This document shows, one piece after another, positions 26,243 to 40,489 of a stretch of 64,000 nucleotides of DNA. Made by a program: the position numbers and the translations under genes. Source of the DNA: Hemiscyllium ocellatum (Eukaryota); NCBI RefSeq assembly GCF_020745735.1, contig NC_083417.1, forward strand, positions 59,582,001-59,646,000, written 5' to 3'. The stretch's first letter is position 1; the number at the start of each line of letters is the position of its first letter. Under the pieces are notes generated by a model that saw only the letters and a program-made list of their open reading frames with translations, was not told the DNA's origin and made no database searches.

Positions 26243-26559
26243 TTAGATTAGATTACTTACATTAGATTACTTACAGTGTGGAAACAGCCCCTTCGGCCCA
26301 ACAAGTCCACACCGACCCGCCGAAGCGCAACCCACCCATACCCCTACATTTACTCCTTACCTAACACTACGGGCAATTTAGCATGGCCAATTCACTTGAC
26401 CCGCACATCTTTGGACTGTGGGAGAAAACCGGAGCACCCAGAGGAAACCCACGCAGACACGGGGAGAATGTGCAAACTCCACACAGTCAGTCGCCTGAGG
26501 CGGGAATTGAACCCGGGTCTCTGGCGCTGTGAGGCACACTGTGCCACCGTGCCGCCCAC
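26243..26559 (-). mobile_element. HE1-type SINE
   Basis: Same family sequence. Confidence 0.9.
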
Positions 26560-26934
26560 ATTACTGACTAATGGAATTGTAAATCATTTTCTTTATCATT
26601 TCACATCCAAAGGCACTTCACATGAGTCTAATCAAACAAAATTTGATACTCAGCCACAATAGCAATATTAGGGGAGTTGACCAAAAGCTTGATCTAAGGG
26701 GTAGGTTTTAAGGGGCATGTTTGAGGAGACAGTGCAGTAGAGGTGCAGAGAGAGAGAGAACTCAGGTAATTAAAAGCATAGCCACTGGTGAAGCAATTAA
26801 AATTGGAAATGCACAAGAAGCCAAAACTGGTGGAGTTGAGGGACTTAGAAGGGCTAGTGGGCTAGAGGAGGTGACAGAGGGAGGAAAGGGTAAAACCCTT
26901 ATTTGTGGATCAGCATCCTTAACTACAAATGTGT

Positions 26935-27622
26935 CCAGAATCACTGAATCCCCCTCTATCAACATCCTCGCAGTTACTATTGACCAGAAACTCAACTGAA
27001 GTCACCACATAAATATAGTGGCTACAAGAGCAAGTCAGATACTAGGAATACTGTGGCAAATAACTCATCTCCTGACTCCCCAAAGCCTGTCCACCATCTA
27101 CAAATCGTAAGTCAGCATTGTGATGGAATATTCTCCACTTGCCACGGTGGGTGCAGCTCCAACAACACTCAACCAGCTGGAGATCATCCAGGACAAAGCA
27201 GCCCATTTGATTTGCATCACACCCACAGGCATCCACTCCCTCCACTACTGATGCTCAGCAGCAGCAGCTGTGTGTACTATCTAAAGGATGCACTGCAGAA
27301 ATCCACCAAAGGTTCTTCAGCAGCAACTTTCAAACCTACGACCCCTTCCATCCAGAAGAACATGGGCACCACACACATGTGAACACCACCACCTGCAAGT
27401 TCCCCTCGAAGCCACTCACCATCCTGACTTAGAAATACATTGGCGTTCCTTCACTGTCGCTGGGTCAAAATCCTGGAATTCCCTCCCTAATGGTATTGTG
27501 GGTCAACCCACAGCAGGTGGACTATAGTGGTTCAAGAAGGCAGCTCACCCCTACCTTCTCAAGGGCAACTAGGGACGGGAAATAAATGCTGGCCAGCCAG
27601 CAACGCCCACATCCCATGAATG
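26935..27622 (+). mobile_element. 3' fragment of a second LINE family (L2/CR1 superfamily)
   Basis: ITESPSINILAVTIDQKLN...; tail AAGGGCAACTAGGGA...AATAAATGCTGGCC...CCCACATCCCATGAATG. Related copies at ~13130-13620 and ~25500-26145. Confidence 0.75.
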
Positions 27623-29168
27623 ACTATAATGAAAAGACTGGCAAATAAAACTTCAATGTTTTTCATGGTAAAAAGAACACCTCACAGCAAGATGCTTCTT
27701 TCTCACCATCAAGGTTGTCAGTGCATAAGGAAAATGTGGAAAGATAACCCAGGGAGACTTTCACTGGTACAGCAGACACATAAGATCAAAGAAAACAGCT
27801 GAATGATGGAGTAAGGCTTTTCAATTGGTCATATCCCCATTATACCAATACAAGAGAACTTCTCTGGTTTGCAAGGCTTCACCTTGATATTTCCTGTACA
27901 AGAGAATATTCTTGAGTCTAGTGATAGAAATTAAGTATTTTAATTGTATTGAATAGAGAAAAAGAAGCCTTTGCATTTAAGAGTCATGAAGTGACTTTAA
28001 TTCTTATTGCAAAGCTAAAGAAAAAAAAGCTTATAAATTTCAGCTTTTCGTTCAGCTCTGCGCGTTAAGTGATAATCAGGAACAATACATTTTACAAAAC
28101 TGAAGATTGTGGCAGTGCTGACTGTATTCACTGTTCTGCTAATACTTCCAAAAGATCACCAAAATAAACTTTTCAAAGATAGTAGTGTCTTATGTTTCTG
28201 AAAAAGAAAGTGACCTTTTTTTTTAAAATAGTACAGCCAATGCCCACACCGAGACATGCAATTTCTGGGCACTGCTGATGTGTGTCCGAACAAATCCTTG
28301 TATGCTTCAAAATTAAAAGTTAATGAGAAAGGCAAAGATGCCAGGTATATAAGGAGAGAGTGAAACTTTGAAATATGTAATTATAAATACCACAGGAATT
28401 TAATCTAGTCACATCTTTGTATTAAAGTGGCTCAGAACTAGAGAATTTTGAGTGATGCAGCAATCTAGCTGGCAACCCAAGTGCTGGTTAGGTCTGTTTT
28501 GCTGTTTTGTGTTTTATACTGTCCTGCCCCACTGCTTTCCCTTATACCCTCTGAAGGCTGCTATGTGAAAGAGGCTTCCCATCTGTACAGAAACCAGCTC
28601 CTTAGTTTCCAAAACAGCTGTCCTCCAGTCGCCTCGTAAAGGAATACCAATAGTGAAATTAAAACATGCAATTTATGGGCCTACACAAAAAAAAAGGCTG
28701 AGCAGGCCCAGTGTGACCTTGGGGCACAATGTAATTTCTCATTGAGATGCAAATACTCTGATGAACTCAAATGGTTTGGTGTGTTTAGAAGGTTCAGGAG
28801 AGAGTTTGCTTACTGAACAGGATACCAGAGTGTAGAATGGGCCTGAGCAGAGACACCACCACGTGTAAAGTGTTGAAGGGTTGGGATTAGGAGACAATTG
28901 TCCATCAGTTGTTGCGCACTACAATGGTTTTTTAAGGCTGTTTGTTTTGCAGAAGCTGTAAATTTTCCCTTTGCTAATACCTTTCATTCCACCATGTCTT
29001 TTTGTTTCGAGTTGAGACCTTTCCATTTTCAAAATATTGAGACCTCTCCTTGGAGGACGCCCTGTAAAACAGGGCCTGTGCATATTCTTCAAGTTGAATA
29101 GAACAGCATCAAAACCTGATTATTCACGGTCAGAAGACAACTTTGGTCATGCAGCTCAACTCCCAAGT

Positions 29169-30147
29169 TCATCGTAGAATTGCTGGGAGCCATGGGTGTG
29201 GCTCTTTAGAGGTTTTCAGTGTGTACTTGCAGAGTCTGGGACAGTGGAGAATGAAAGCTTGCACAACATCTACGGACACCACACAGTAGCAATGAATCTC
29301 TTCCAAAGACAAGCAGCAAGATGCCAGTCTCAACAAGGCCCGGTTCAGTTCACCAGAGGACGTTGTTTGCAGAACAATCCTTTTTAACGTGTTGTGATAG
29401 TTCTGAGAGATAAAGTTGACTTGCTCCACCATAAACGTAAAGGTACTTAATTCTAGGCTGGCCACTGGGATAGTAGGCTGCAGAATTTGGGGTATTTTCT
29501 CAGCAGGGACTGTATGGTCCAGCTCGATGTCCACACAAAGAGTTGGGTGTCTCTCTGCCAGAGCTTGCCACATCTCACCCGAGATAGTTGGATTGTATTT
29601 ATCCATGCGCTCGCAGTGTAGCTGAAGGAGTTTGAATGGCGGACGCTTGGCATTCAGGAGCTTGGCCAAGACATTTTCTGTCAGGCTTGCATAAAACAAT
29701 CCCAGAGCAGACAGGTTCGGGCAACTCCTCAGGGCCTCCTGAACGGTTTCAGAAGTCACCTTACACACAAGCGTCTTATTATTGATGAAGAGGCTCTCCA
29801 GAGAGGGAGTTCTGCTGGTGACAATTTGGATGATGCCGTCATCCAAAGTGAACGGCATTTCTCGGAGGTCAATGTGCCGGAGATGTAAATAGGAGGCTGC
29901 TTTAAATACACTTTTGACACTTTGCAGCAAGTCTTGTCCGGAATAGAAGTAAGGGTTTTCACCAATACACACAACGGAGAGGCCCAACAGATCCGTTGCC
30001 GATTCCGACAAGTTGTGTAGAATTTGGATAAAGTTCTTGCGATTTGCTTCTAAAGACTGATTGCACAAGATCTTCAGATATTTGATATGACACTGGAACC
30101 GTTGGCATGCACGCACATTCTGGTCATTTTCCGCTCCAGAGTCACAC
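29169..30147 (-). CDS. FBXL8: F-box/LRR protein 8, terminal coding exon (leucine-rich repeats)
   Basis: Acceptor CTTTTGCTGTCAG|G completes the AG+G Arg codon; open to TGA at 29169-29171. Motifs LRHIDLREMPFTLDD, LEEIHCYCVVS, CPRLCKYTLKTSKEPHPW match FBXL8. Spliced product 371 aa. Confidence 0.93.
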
Positions 30148-31087
30148 CTGACAGCAAAAGTACAGCAAACAGTCAGTACAAAGATACCATGTGAACAATG
30201 CACAATCCAGAGACAAAATGGTGAATTAAATATCATCCTGGTGTAAGCCTGGACTACATCATCCTAAGACTATGTGCATTTGCTGGCTGCTCTAGCATTG
30301 ACTGCTGTGAGCAAGGATCAAATTAGAGCTTAGTAAGGATTTAATCATCTCAAAAATGTGGTTATAGACAGATAGCAGTGTCATTTCAGGATCATGCACA
30401 AGCACTGATCCAGCATGTTGTACGTGAACATGGAATGAAAAAGGATTAAATGGAGCCACAGATACAGACTTCACTTCACCCAATGAATACTCCAACTTTT
30501 CCCTCTGGACTGACACCAAAAAGCACCTAATTAAACACAATAGCCACGTGTACCTAGAATGATGCAGTCTTTCAACTCTACGCTAGCCCCTAAAAGAGCT
30601 ATCCAATTAACCACAGTCCCCTGGTTTCTTAACATTATCCCTTTTGAACAGTACAATTGAATTTGTTTCCACCATCCGTTCAGACTATGAATTAAACAGT
30701 TTTCCTTTCACGTTGCCTCTTACATTTGTTTCCATTGTTGCTGATCCTTCTCCCATTGGATGCGGTTTCTTCAAATTTACTTTATCAAAATTGTTCATGA
30801 TTTTGAACATCTGTCAAATCTTCCCTCAGTCTCCACGACTCAAAAGATAATACGCCAAGTCTCTACTGAAGTCCCACATCCCTGATGGTATTCTAGTACA
30901 TCTCTTCTTCCAGCTCTCTAAGTCTTTTCTAAAATGCAGTGAATAGCATTGAACAGGATATTCCAACTGGGGTTTAACATTATTTTACAAAAGTTTAAAT
31001 TGTTGCACAAGCACTCTGTTCTTCTAATTATAAAGCTAACCGTGCTGTATGCCTTCTCAATCTGTCCAGCCACTTTAAAAGATCGAT

Positions 31088-31343
31088 TTAGATTAGATTA
31101 GATTAGATTACTTACAGTGTGGAAACAGGCCCTTCGGCCCAACAAGTCCACACCGACCCGCCGAAGCGCAACCCACCCATACCCCTACATTTACCCCTTA
31201 CCTAACACTATGAGCAATTTAGCATGGCCAATTCATCTGACCTGCACATCTTTGGACTGTGGGAGGAAACCCACGCAGACTCGGGGAGAACGTGCAAACT
31301 CCACACAGTCAGTCGCCCGAGTCAGGAATTGAACCCGGGTCTC
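31088..31343 (-). mobile_element. HE1-type SINE, truncated
   Basis: (TTAGA)n tail, core with small internal deletion, partial head. Confidence 0.88.
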
Positions 31344-31524
31344 ATCTGTGAACATACACCAACAAGCCTTTTTGTTTCTGCAACTTCTTTAAAACTGTAC
31401 CATTTGTTTTAACTATTTTCCTTGTTCTTCCTGTCAAGATATAACAACATACACTTCTCTGTATTAAAATTTCTTCAGTCCATTTAACCAGTTTGTGTGT
31501 CATACTGAAGTCTGTCACTATCCT

Positions 31525-31620
31525 GCTAGTGCTTCCAAATAACCTATTGGATTATAACCTGGTGTTGTGTGATTTTTAACTTTGTACACCCCAGTCCAAC
31601 ACCAGCAACTCCAAATCAAG
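31525..31620 (+). mobile_element. Fragment of the same Penelope-like terminal repeat
   Basis: CTAGTGCTTCCAAATAACC...TGGTGTTGTGTGATTTTTAACTTTGTAC matches 63636-63692 and the reverse complement of 62320-62405. Confidence 0.75.
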
Positions 31621-32133
31621 ATTATCCATCTTACTAGTACTTTTTCCAAGTTATGATTCATTTTTAAACTTTGAAAATACAACCAACATACCGAAGTTTA
31701 GAGAAATGCTGACCCCTGGGGGACAGGATGGTACATTTCCCTTCAAATAACTATCATGACAGTTTTGAAAGTGGCTGTTCAGATTGAGAAGGCATACAGC
31801 ACGGTTAGCTTTATAATTAGAAGAATAGAGTGCTATCTAATATTGTATTCACCACAGCTACTGCTTTTGTAATCACACATGTACATTTTGCCAGAAATTT
31901 TATTATGTAGTACTTTACTAAATGCCTTTTGAAAATTCATACACAATGTCAGCTGTAATGCTCCCATCAACATTCTCTGTTGCTTATCAAATAAATCAAG
32001 ACAGTCAAATACAATGTGCTTTTAAAAGTCCATACTGATTTTCATTTTCTGTTGTGTAGTTTTCCAAGTCACTTCAAGATCCTGGATTATAATCAGTGTA
32101 AGTTTCACCACCACTGCGTTAGCCTAGCTGGCC

Positions 32134-32444
32134 TTAGATTAGATTACTTAGTGTGGAAACAGGCCCTTCGGCCCAACAAGTCCACACCGACCCGCCGAAG
32201 CGAAACCCACCCATTCCCCTACATTTACCCCTTACCTAACACTAGGGGCAATTTAGCATGGCCAATTCACCTAACCTGCACATCTTTGTGATTGTGGGAG
32301 GAAACCGGAGCACCCGGAGGAAATCCATGCAGACACGGGGAGAACGTGCAAACTCCACACAGTCAGTCGCCTGAGGCGGGAATTGAACCTGGGTCTCTGG
32401 CGCTGTGAGGCAGCAGTACTAACCGCTGTACCACCATGCCGCCC
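32134..32444 (-). mobile_element. HE1-type SINE
   Basis: Same family sequence. Confidence 0.9.
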
Positions 32445-35400
32445 GTATTTGCTGAGCTCATCCTTCTCTTGTCTATTGAACAGAGGTCTAGCATTTGCAA
32501 TCTTCCAGTCTTTTAGTAGCTTTCCCATATCTAAAGGGTCGAGAGCCTGTGCAATTTCCACCCTTACTTCCTTCTGTAAGCTAGGTATTTCCTATCTATT
32601 CTGGAGAATTTTCTATCAGCACTGCCAATCTTTTAAGTACTTCCTCTTTAACGGTTTTCATCTTGTCTAGATTTCTCTATCAACCTCTGCTTTATTGACA
32701 ACTTCTTTTGTGAATGTAGACACAAAGTGCTTAGATAATATTATAAGCCTCCTTTATCAGTTTCATTTTAAATACCTTATTTACAATTGGCACAGAGCTC
32801 TAGCATTGGATGCCTTTCCTTTTGTCCCTCATGGGAATGTATTTAGACTGCACCTGAACCAGCTCCTATTCGAAAGTCGCCCACTGCTCTTTTACTATTT
32901 TGGTTACCTGTCCTTTGTTTCCAATCCACTTGTGTCAGACCTTTCTTCAAATCAGTACCAGCTATCCATCAGTTTCACATGAGAGTCTTCCCTGTCCTTA
33001 TTCATAACTATTCTGGATATATTAATATTGTGACCACTGCTTCCTAAATGCTTCTCCACCAAAATATGCAGGACTCTATCTACTTCACTCTTTGCGCCAT
33101 ACCCAGGTCATAGTAGGATGATTAAATTCTTCTATTAACACCATTTGAAACGTTTTGAAGCTTTCTGCAGTTTATCTGCTGATTGGCCTCAATATCCCCT
33201 TCCCACTACTCGGTGGCCTACAGCAAAGTCTCAACTGGAGGATAGCCCCTATTTTGGTCCTTAAAGTCTAACCAAATAGGTTTGTCATTGAGCCCTCAGA
33301 TACAATAACCATTAAAGTAATGGATGATTTAATCGTTACTTTAATGATCCCGCCTTCTCAACCTTGCCCCCTGCTTGTGGCACAGTAACCCGCAGGTTAA
33401 ACTCACCACCAGTCATCTCCCTGGTCCTACAACAGCTTTTTACCTGACATAATAATCCCTTGTGTAACTGCGCTGATGGCTCACGGACCTTATTTACATG
33501 CATTCCAAACAAGTCTTAATCTGCTCTGCATTTCGTTCCAGTCTGAACCCTCCTATTTCTGAACTACTCTTTAGTCATGTGCTGTTTGTCTCTTCTAAAC
33601 CTCTATAGACTTGATATTTCCTCGCTAAGTTTACCTGACATTACTCGCACTTCATTTAAAAATATTCCCTTTTTAAACTATTCTATTTGGGAGCAATAAA
33701 TGATGTGGAACTTGCAAAATTTCCAACCGGAGCTCTCAAACTGCACTTCTGCTGTTTGCTGAAACATTCATCAACTTTTTTTTTTAAAACTTTCAAAACT
33801 TGCAGAACTTCTCAAACCAATCATCCGCCAAACCAACTCGTTGCATGCTTTTACAGATAAACTTCGAAACGCAGATTGGAGTCAAGTGAAATTGTCCTTA
33901 CTTTACTGCATTCCTAAGATACACCCTGGAGGCAAGATCATGTAAATCACTGCATTTCACTGAACAGTCACTCTCCTTTACATTGCTACCAAACAGCGTA
34001 ACTGCAATTTCCCTGGTTTATTTCACTTTCCTCAAGTCTGTAGTTTTTAATGAACAATGTCCACACGATGCCCACATCACACCCATTTTGGTTACCACTC
34101 ATCTGCACACAGCAAATTTGAAAAATATTTTTACAAGAACATTTTTGAGCTCAGCAATGCCAGTTGTATTAAGGTGTGACAGTTTCAGGTCCTTGAGGCT
34201 AGAAAGCTCAGAGTAGATATTCCAGATCAAGCAGAGGGGACCAGGTCACGGTGTATACATTGCACACATCTTTCCTAGGTAAGAGTTCCCATCAAACAAA
34301 TGTTCATTCACCTTAAGGCGGCCCCACGCACAGGCAGTATGTTAACTTGCAGGTGTGGGTGGATCAGAGGGTTGGAGCAGTAACTCCTAATGTTAGTTGC
34401 AATCAAAACAGCAAAACTAATATTTACATTGTTAAACAAAGAAATCCACAGCAATTCAGATGGATTTGAAAACGCTGCCTTTGATGTGCTGCTACGCAAC
34501 GTGTTTGGTGCCAGGGGCCACCTCACGATGTCAAATATGACTCAGTGATAATAGCTCCATTGCCAAATTGGAATATGCCAGTTCTCTCTCTCTTTCTATA
34601 TATATATTATATATATATATTCACTGTTGCAGTTTCAGTGAAAAAGCTGCTTTTTTATAGATGGTGTTTTGGGCAAACAATTTCCAGGTTTCAAGATGAG
34701 ACTGAGGCATCAGGTCAGAGTCAGAGCTTCCTAGAGGCTGGTCAGTACCTGTACAACCTACCCTTCCAACAGCAGCAGGTAGCCAATTGACATTATCCCA
34801 TGCCCACCTTCAGGCTCACTGGGGACAGGACTGGGATATACCAAGGGGGTAGATGTGTCCATCACTGACAGCAAAGCCTAGTAGGAGCCTGGAGGCTGTC
34901 ACCCACTGGTGTGGCCTAGGGCTGCTAGGCCTCATCATCAAACTCCCTCTATCCTGAGCTGCAGCTAACAGCAGAGCACAGTTGCTGCCAATATTTTAAG
35001 TACTTCCTCTGAAGTGGCACAGAAATACAAGATATAGGAACAGGAAAGGAGCATAGAGCCCAGTGAACCTGCTGCATCTTTCAGTGTAACGACTCACTTT
35101 AGGCATCAACTTTCACCCACTCTCCATTTCCTTTGATTATGTGAGGAAATCAAAAATCTGTCTATACCACTCTTAAATATAATCTTCCTCAACCTTCTGG
35201 GATAGAGAATTCCAGAAATTGAATGAAGAAATCTTTCCTCATCTCAGTTTGAAATGATTGACCCCTCAGCCTGAGCTTGCGCCACCATGTTCCCCAGTCA
35301 GGTGGAGACAGTTTCTCAGTGCCTACTCTGTGAAGCCCCTTCAAAATTTTCTATGTTTCAATGGATCATCTCTCGTTCTTGTAAACTCGAGAATATAGAC

Positions 35401-35988
35401 CCAATTTTCTCAGTCTCTTAACAAGACAACTGTCTCACTCCTGGAACCAACCTAGTGAATTTTGACTGCACTGCATTCAACACGGTTATATCCATCCTAA
35501 AGGCAGGTTGATTTGTCCCATCTCCACTCTTCCATCTCTAAAGTTTCCAAGAACACAACAAAACTTGTTCTGGCCTGGAATGCCCTGTCTAAAAGGGTGG
35601 AGTATGCAGATTCAATAATCACTTTCAAAGGTAATGGGATGCAGATTTACATTTCAGGACTATGGGGAAAGAGCAGAAAATTGGACAGTTTTTATCAAAA
35701 GTTGGCACGGATACAATGAGTCGAATGGCTTCATCCTGTATTCCATCGCTCCATATTTTGTCCATTGCAACAAAATGACTACATATAACTAGCTAGCACA
35801 ACTATGTAAATCAAATGCCAGGGTCCACTAATCCCCAGCCACGAACTCATAGTCCATGCCCCAGCAATGTTATTATTTAACTCCAATGAAATATTCATGC
35901 CCAGCATTGCAAGGATTATTTGCAACAGGTACTACAAGCAATGGCTACTACTCATCAGACAGACGAATGCAACAGAATATCTACTCAC

Positions 35989-36125
35989 CTCACTACAGTG
36001 TAATACCACACAGCAGGATAAGTAACAGCCTCCGCCCATTTTCTGCAGACTTGTGAGGCTGAGTGCCTTTCACACACTAACAGGTAGGAAAATATCAAGG
36101 CCAAGACCTCCTCAGGGATTTCCAT
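35989..36125 (-). CDS. FBXL8: F-box/LRR protein 8, first coding exon (F-box domain)
   Basis: MEIPEEVLALIFSYLLVCERHSASQVCRKWAEAVTYPAVWYYTVV+AG, donor AG|GTGAGT (phase 2); probable acceptor CAG| with exon start 36143. Classic F-box (I/L)PEEVLxxIFxYL...VCRxW pattern; not in the ORF track. Confidence 0.92.
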
Positions 36126-36979
36126 TCATTCGGTTTAGTCTTCCTGCTTGTTCAATACAAACTTGATTTTTTGGGAGGTAACAACGGTGCACGGGAGTAC
36201 CTTATGACAAAAAGAACATTAATTACTGCAGAACTGTTTCCCAACCATGTCTGAACCTCTAATTTTACTACAGAAGATTTTCCACAGAGTAAGAAAGTAA
36301 GTTTGCACAGACAATTTCATCCAGTCTAAAACACCCAGGACTAAGCAATACCTACTAAGAGCAGTTGGCAGGTTTTAATTCAGTTGATGGGTGCTCTACA
36401 TTCCTAGCTGACAGGCACATTGTTAGACTCGAACAGCATTTTTGCAATCTACTTGAGGTTGTCCTGAGCCCTATTCATTAATCTTGTGACTCTTCCATGA
36501 GTGTTATCCACTGTTGAATCTGATCCTAAATGAATGAAATGTAATAAGTACCAGACCTAAATAACTCAAAGCCAAAAAGGTCAATGGTCTTACTATATTT
36601 ATGCTCATGTGACATACTTACTCTGATGATGAAATCAAGAATGTTTGTTGCAAAGTTGGAACTTCGCCCTTTGTGATTGGCTACTGGAAACCAGAGATGT
36701 GATCTCATGATCTTCTGACTAAAGTTCATCAACAGGGAGTGTACACAGATTTTCTGAAAGTGGGCCCAAAGAACAAGTTTCCATTCTGGTAGCACACATT
36801 CAGGAAATTACACATTGACCAATTTCAGTTCAATCTATTCCTTAAAGGTTAAGCTTAAACATCAAAAATCCCTGTGTGCTATCTCTCCAAATCCAAGTGG
36901 CTGCACTGTCACGCGACAGCTTTGTAGTCGGCAAGTTATTATTTTATACCATCCAAATTTAATTTAATGTAAGTACAGC

Positions 36980-37385
36980 AGCACAGAACAGCATCTGTGA
37001 AAAGAGAAACAGAGTTAATAATAAGTTAAATAAAAACAAAACATGCGGATACTGGCAATCCCCAGCATTTTCTGTTTTTATTAATGAGTCAAAAAGTGTG
37101 GTGCTGGAAAAGCACAGTACTGCACCTTTTGATTCTGATCTCCAACATCTGCAGTCCTCACTTTCTCCTGTTTTTATTAATGGATTAGATCAGTTTGCAT
37201 CCGACTTTCACAAGTTTGTAGCAGAATTAAGCATCTTATGTCTGAGTTCTGAAGTAGGGTCATTGGACCCGAAACATTAACTCTGATTTCTCTTCACAGA
37301 TGCTACCAGAACTGCCGAGTTTTCCTAGCAGTTTGTTTTTATTTCCGATTTCCAACATCTGCAGTTCTTTCGGTTTTTATTAAGC
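36980..37385. repeat. Cluster of short Penelope-derived repeat fragments
   Basis: Recurring CAGCATCTGCAG / GTGCTGGAAAAGCACAG / GACCCGAAAC motifs, also seen at ~2680-2860, 8165-8280, 20455-20540, 44596-44710, 58350-58460, 59262-59388. Confidence 0.65.
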
Positions 37386-40300
37386 ACCTAACCTTGTTAG
37401 TGTTGGTAAAACTAACAGCCACTTCTGGCGTCTGTGTGTATGCGCAGCTAAATGCAGAAACCTGAAAGTTACTGTCAATGATAACTGGCCTCTCCAAAGC
37501 CTGTTGTGCCGGAGTTTTTATTTATCGCATTAATACAGAAATCACTGTGAAGATGTCAAAATAAACTAATTACCAGCGAGTATTGCACTTAAGATCAATT
37601 AAACATTTAAGTCATGTTCAATCAAGATCAGTACAATTTAAATAGTTCCTCATAATTAATTAATTGTTGAAACTCATTAGTACTGAAAAATTAATAAGCA
37701 TGATGTTTCATTCCCCAAGATTAATTATTGTAAATTTTAAGAAAAAGAAATATAATTTATTTTAAACTTCGCCTTTAACCTCGCATATATGTTACAGCTT
37801 TTATATTGTTCAAGATAAACTAATCTCATTTCTTTTTATTTGGCTTTACCATTTGCAGTTTGTGAGAATTCTTCAATTTGAATGTGCTGCATATCACAAA
37901 CCCCTCCAGAAAATACCAAATTCATACTAGCAGCAGAAGAGGAAGACTGTACTCCAGACCCAGTAAAAACTCGACAGCATCTGTTCTTAAGCTCAGCTGC
38001 AAGCACCATCTACTGCTACATCTGGGTTGATTTTTAACAAACAACTGGGGTTTACTCAAGTTCTTATTGTGTCCACTTTAACCCTACACATCGACTGTCA
38101 ATCAGACCAACTTTCAGGTTAGGTAGAATAGTCCTACTGTCGCGGAATTCAGAACTATCAATTCAGCAATATATCTTCCTTCTCAATAGAAGGTAAATGG
38201 CACACACCAACACTACAAAGCCAAATTCAGTTCAATAGTTCCATCAGAAACCATTTAAACAACATCCCTGACAAAAACCTTGTTCTGAGGTTTCAGCTTG
38301 CTCCACCCTTTCGGATATTCAGGGCAGCCAACACATTTTGTGTGTATTACAAGTTTTTTTTTAAACACTCTGACATTCTGATTGGCATGCTGGCTTGATC
38401 CTGGCTCATTTTGAACAGCAATCATGGCCTCTTCTGTGCACACATGTTATTGGAGTTAGATGGCTCCCCTTTGGTTAATTTTACTGCTTGGTTTGAAACA
38501 CCTTTCAGTATCACATGTGGATGTGGATGTCTCTATCTCCACTAGAGGTCAGTAAATCACTTCTCCAGCTCTCCAAAGCCAACTTTGTATTTCAGCATGG
38601 ATTCCAGATATCTTCCTGTCTCAGAAAATTACTTAATAACTGGATTTCCTTTAAATATTAAAGGAAACTCGATTTTTTTTTTGACAGAGTATGGAGTCCA
38701 TCCCATGCACACAGCTCAACTGAAATGTTTCCATATCCAGGAACCCGGGTGCCACTTCTCCAGGTGGCAGGTCAGCAAATTGCTTACCAACATTTCCAGA
38801 ACTCGCTCCAATCCTGAGTGGATTTAATTCAGTATTCTAATTACTTGTGCATTTCCAAACCAAATGGCATTACTTCAGCATTGTCACTCTTCTCTGACAG
38901 TGTAGAACTACTGGATCTCCTTAATGTGTCACCAGGAAGCATTTCCTCATCGCCTTCACAGACAACGTTCTAGTGCTGCACATTATTCTCTGCAACTCTT
39001 TGAATCAGGTGGTTTGCAATCACTTTCCAAACCATTTAATTTAATCAAACTGGAAACAACAAAAAGTCAATTTTCAAATTAGCCACCATTTTTATTCTTT
39101 CTGCTTGATGTGTGTGTTTGTGTGTGGGGAGGGTGATGGTGCAATTACCTCATTTGGCTAGATTGCAAGAATTTGATGCAAAATGCTACCAATGGAGTAC
39201 GTGTGGTAGTTCACGGAGGCCTGTCTTGTGCCTTGCTCATGCAGCTACAGTGTTATGCAACCAGATCTGTGTGAGAGAGAGAGATGCCAAAGGTCCCCCT
39301 AGACTATGGTTAATTACTTTATGATATCCCATTAATTTTTGTACGTGACATCCTGTCCTGGATTTCTTTTTGATGAGTCATTTTGGCAGGTTTACTTTTG
39401 TAATACTATTGCTGGTTTGTGCACGACCTTCTTAACCTCATCCGGACACTTGTCAAGATGACCATCCTATGGAACATCAAGTTTTGTCTTCAGTAACTTG
39501 CCAAGGAAATGATTATATTGGGACAAGTCTGAACCCGGTCAATTCTTCATCTGCAGTACTGGAGTAAAGATCTAGCCTCAGAGAGTTGAATGTCTATGTA
39601 TTTAATTACTTCTTTGTTAATTCTTCATGTCATCCTAGTTCACTTTGATACCTTTTCATTTACATTGCTTCACAGAGTTCTCCAGTTGCTGTTGTCCTGG
39701 TCACCCTTAATCCAGCCTCAAGTATTAGCCATCACACTTGTAAACTTCGCCTAACTTTATTCTAAAGTAGCTCGTGCCTTTTGGCATATTTTGCTTTTTG
39801 AAAATTATTGTGAGCTTTGCCGATTTCACAGCAACGTTTCCTCCGAACAATCGTGTAACAGTAGACAGACAGCTGACCAGGCAAGCAAAATTCACTTCTT
39901 TGGGATAATGATGGCAGTTGTTAGTTTAGTCAGAATACTTTGCATGGCTGAAAGTGAGGACACTGTTACCTAGTTTTTTTCATTATGATTTCCTTTTGTT
40001 ATTATTGAAGATGCTCAGTTTATAATGGGACATGAGCCTATACCTTTCATTTGATTCTTGGATCCAGTGCCTTTGAACTGTTAATTATGTGTAATTACAC
40101 ACAGATAATGGGACTTATAACTGCGAGGTATGTGTTTTCATAAATATAGGAGCAGACTGAAGCTTAATCTTCACTTAAAATTCTGAACACTCACTCACAG
40201 TCTCTCGTCACTCTTCTGCTCCCACAGCTTGTTGGCTCTCCATACTCTTCGATCACAGCAATTTTTAAAGTCTCAGTAAGGACCACATTGAGAAAAACTT

Positions 40301-40489
40301 TGGGAAGCACTCTGCTAAAGCATACAGGGGTGATTGATGAATCTATATGAAGCTGATAAAAGATATTAGTGAGAAGTTTAAAACGCGACTTTAAAAGTAA
40401 GTATGAGAGGATGCCACAATGTCTAATTTTAACCATCCACTGACAATTGACTTACACAAGGTAGGTCCCATGTATCTGAAGGTTAGGAC

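Larger units (their letters stand above)
30545..33300 (-). mobile_element. Old fragmented CR1-clade LINE with nested SINEs, in FBXL8 intron 2
   Basis: LEYPVQ-like motif ~30960, KDWKIANARPLF (~32500); degenerate. Confidence 0.6.

Noticed and set aside
30148-30236. N-terminal extension of ORF 29169-30236
   Set aside because: Intronic read-through upstream of a good acceptor; the real N-terminus is the F-box exon at 35989-36125.
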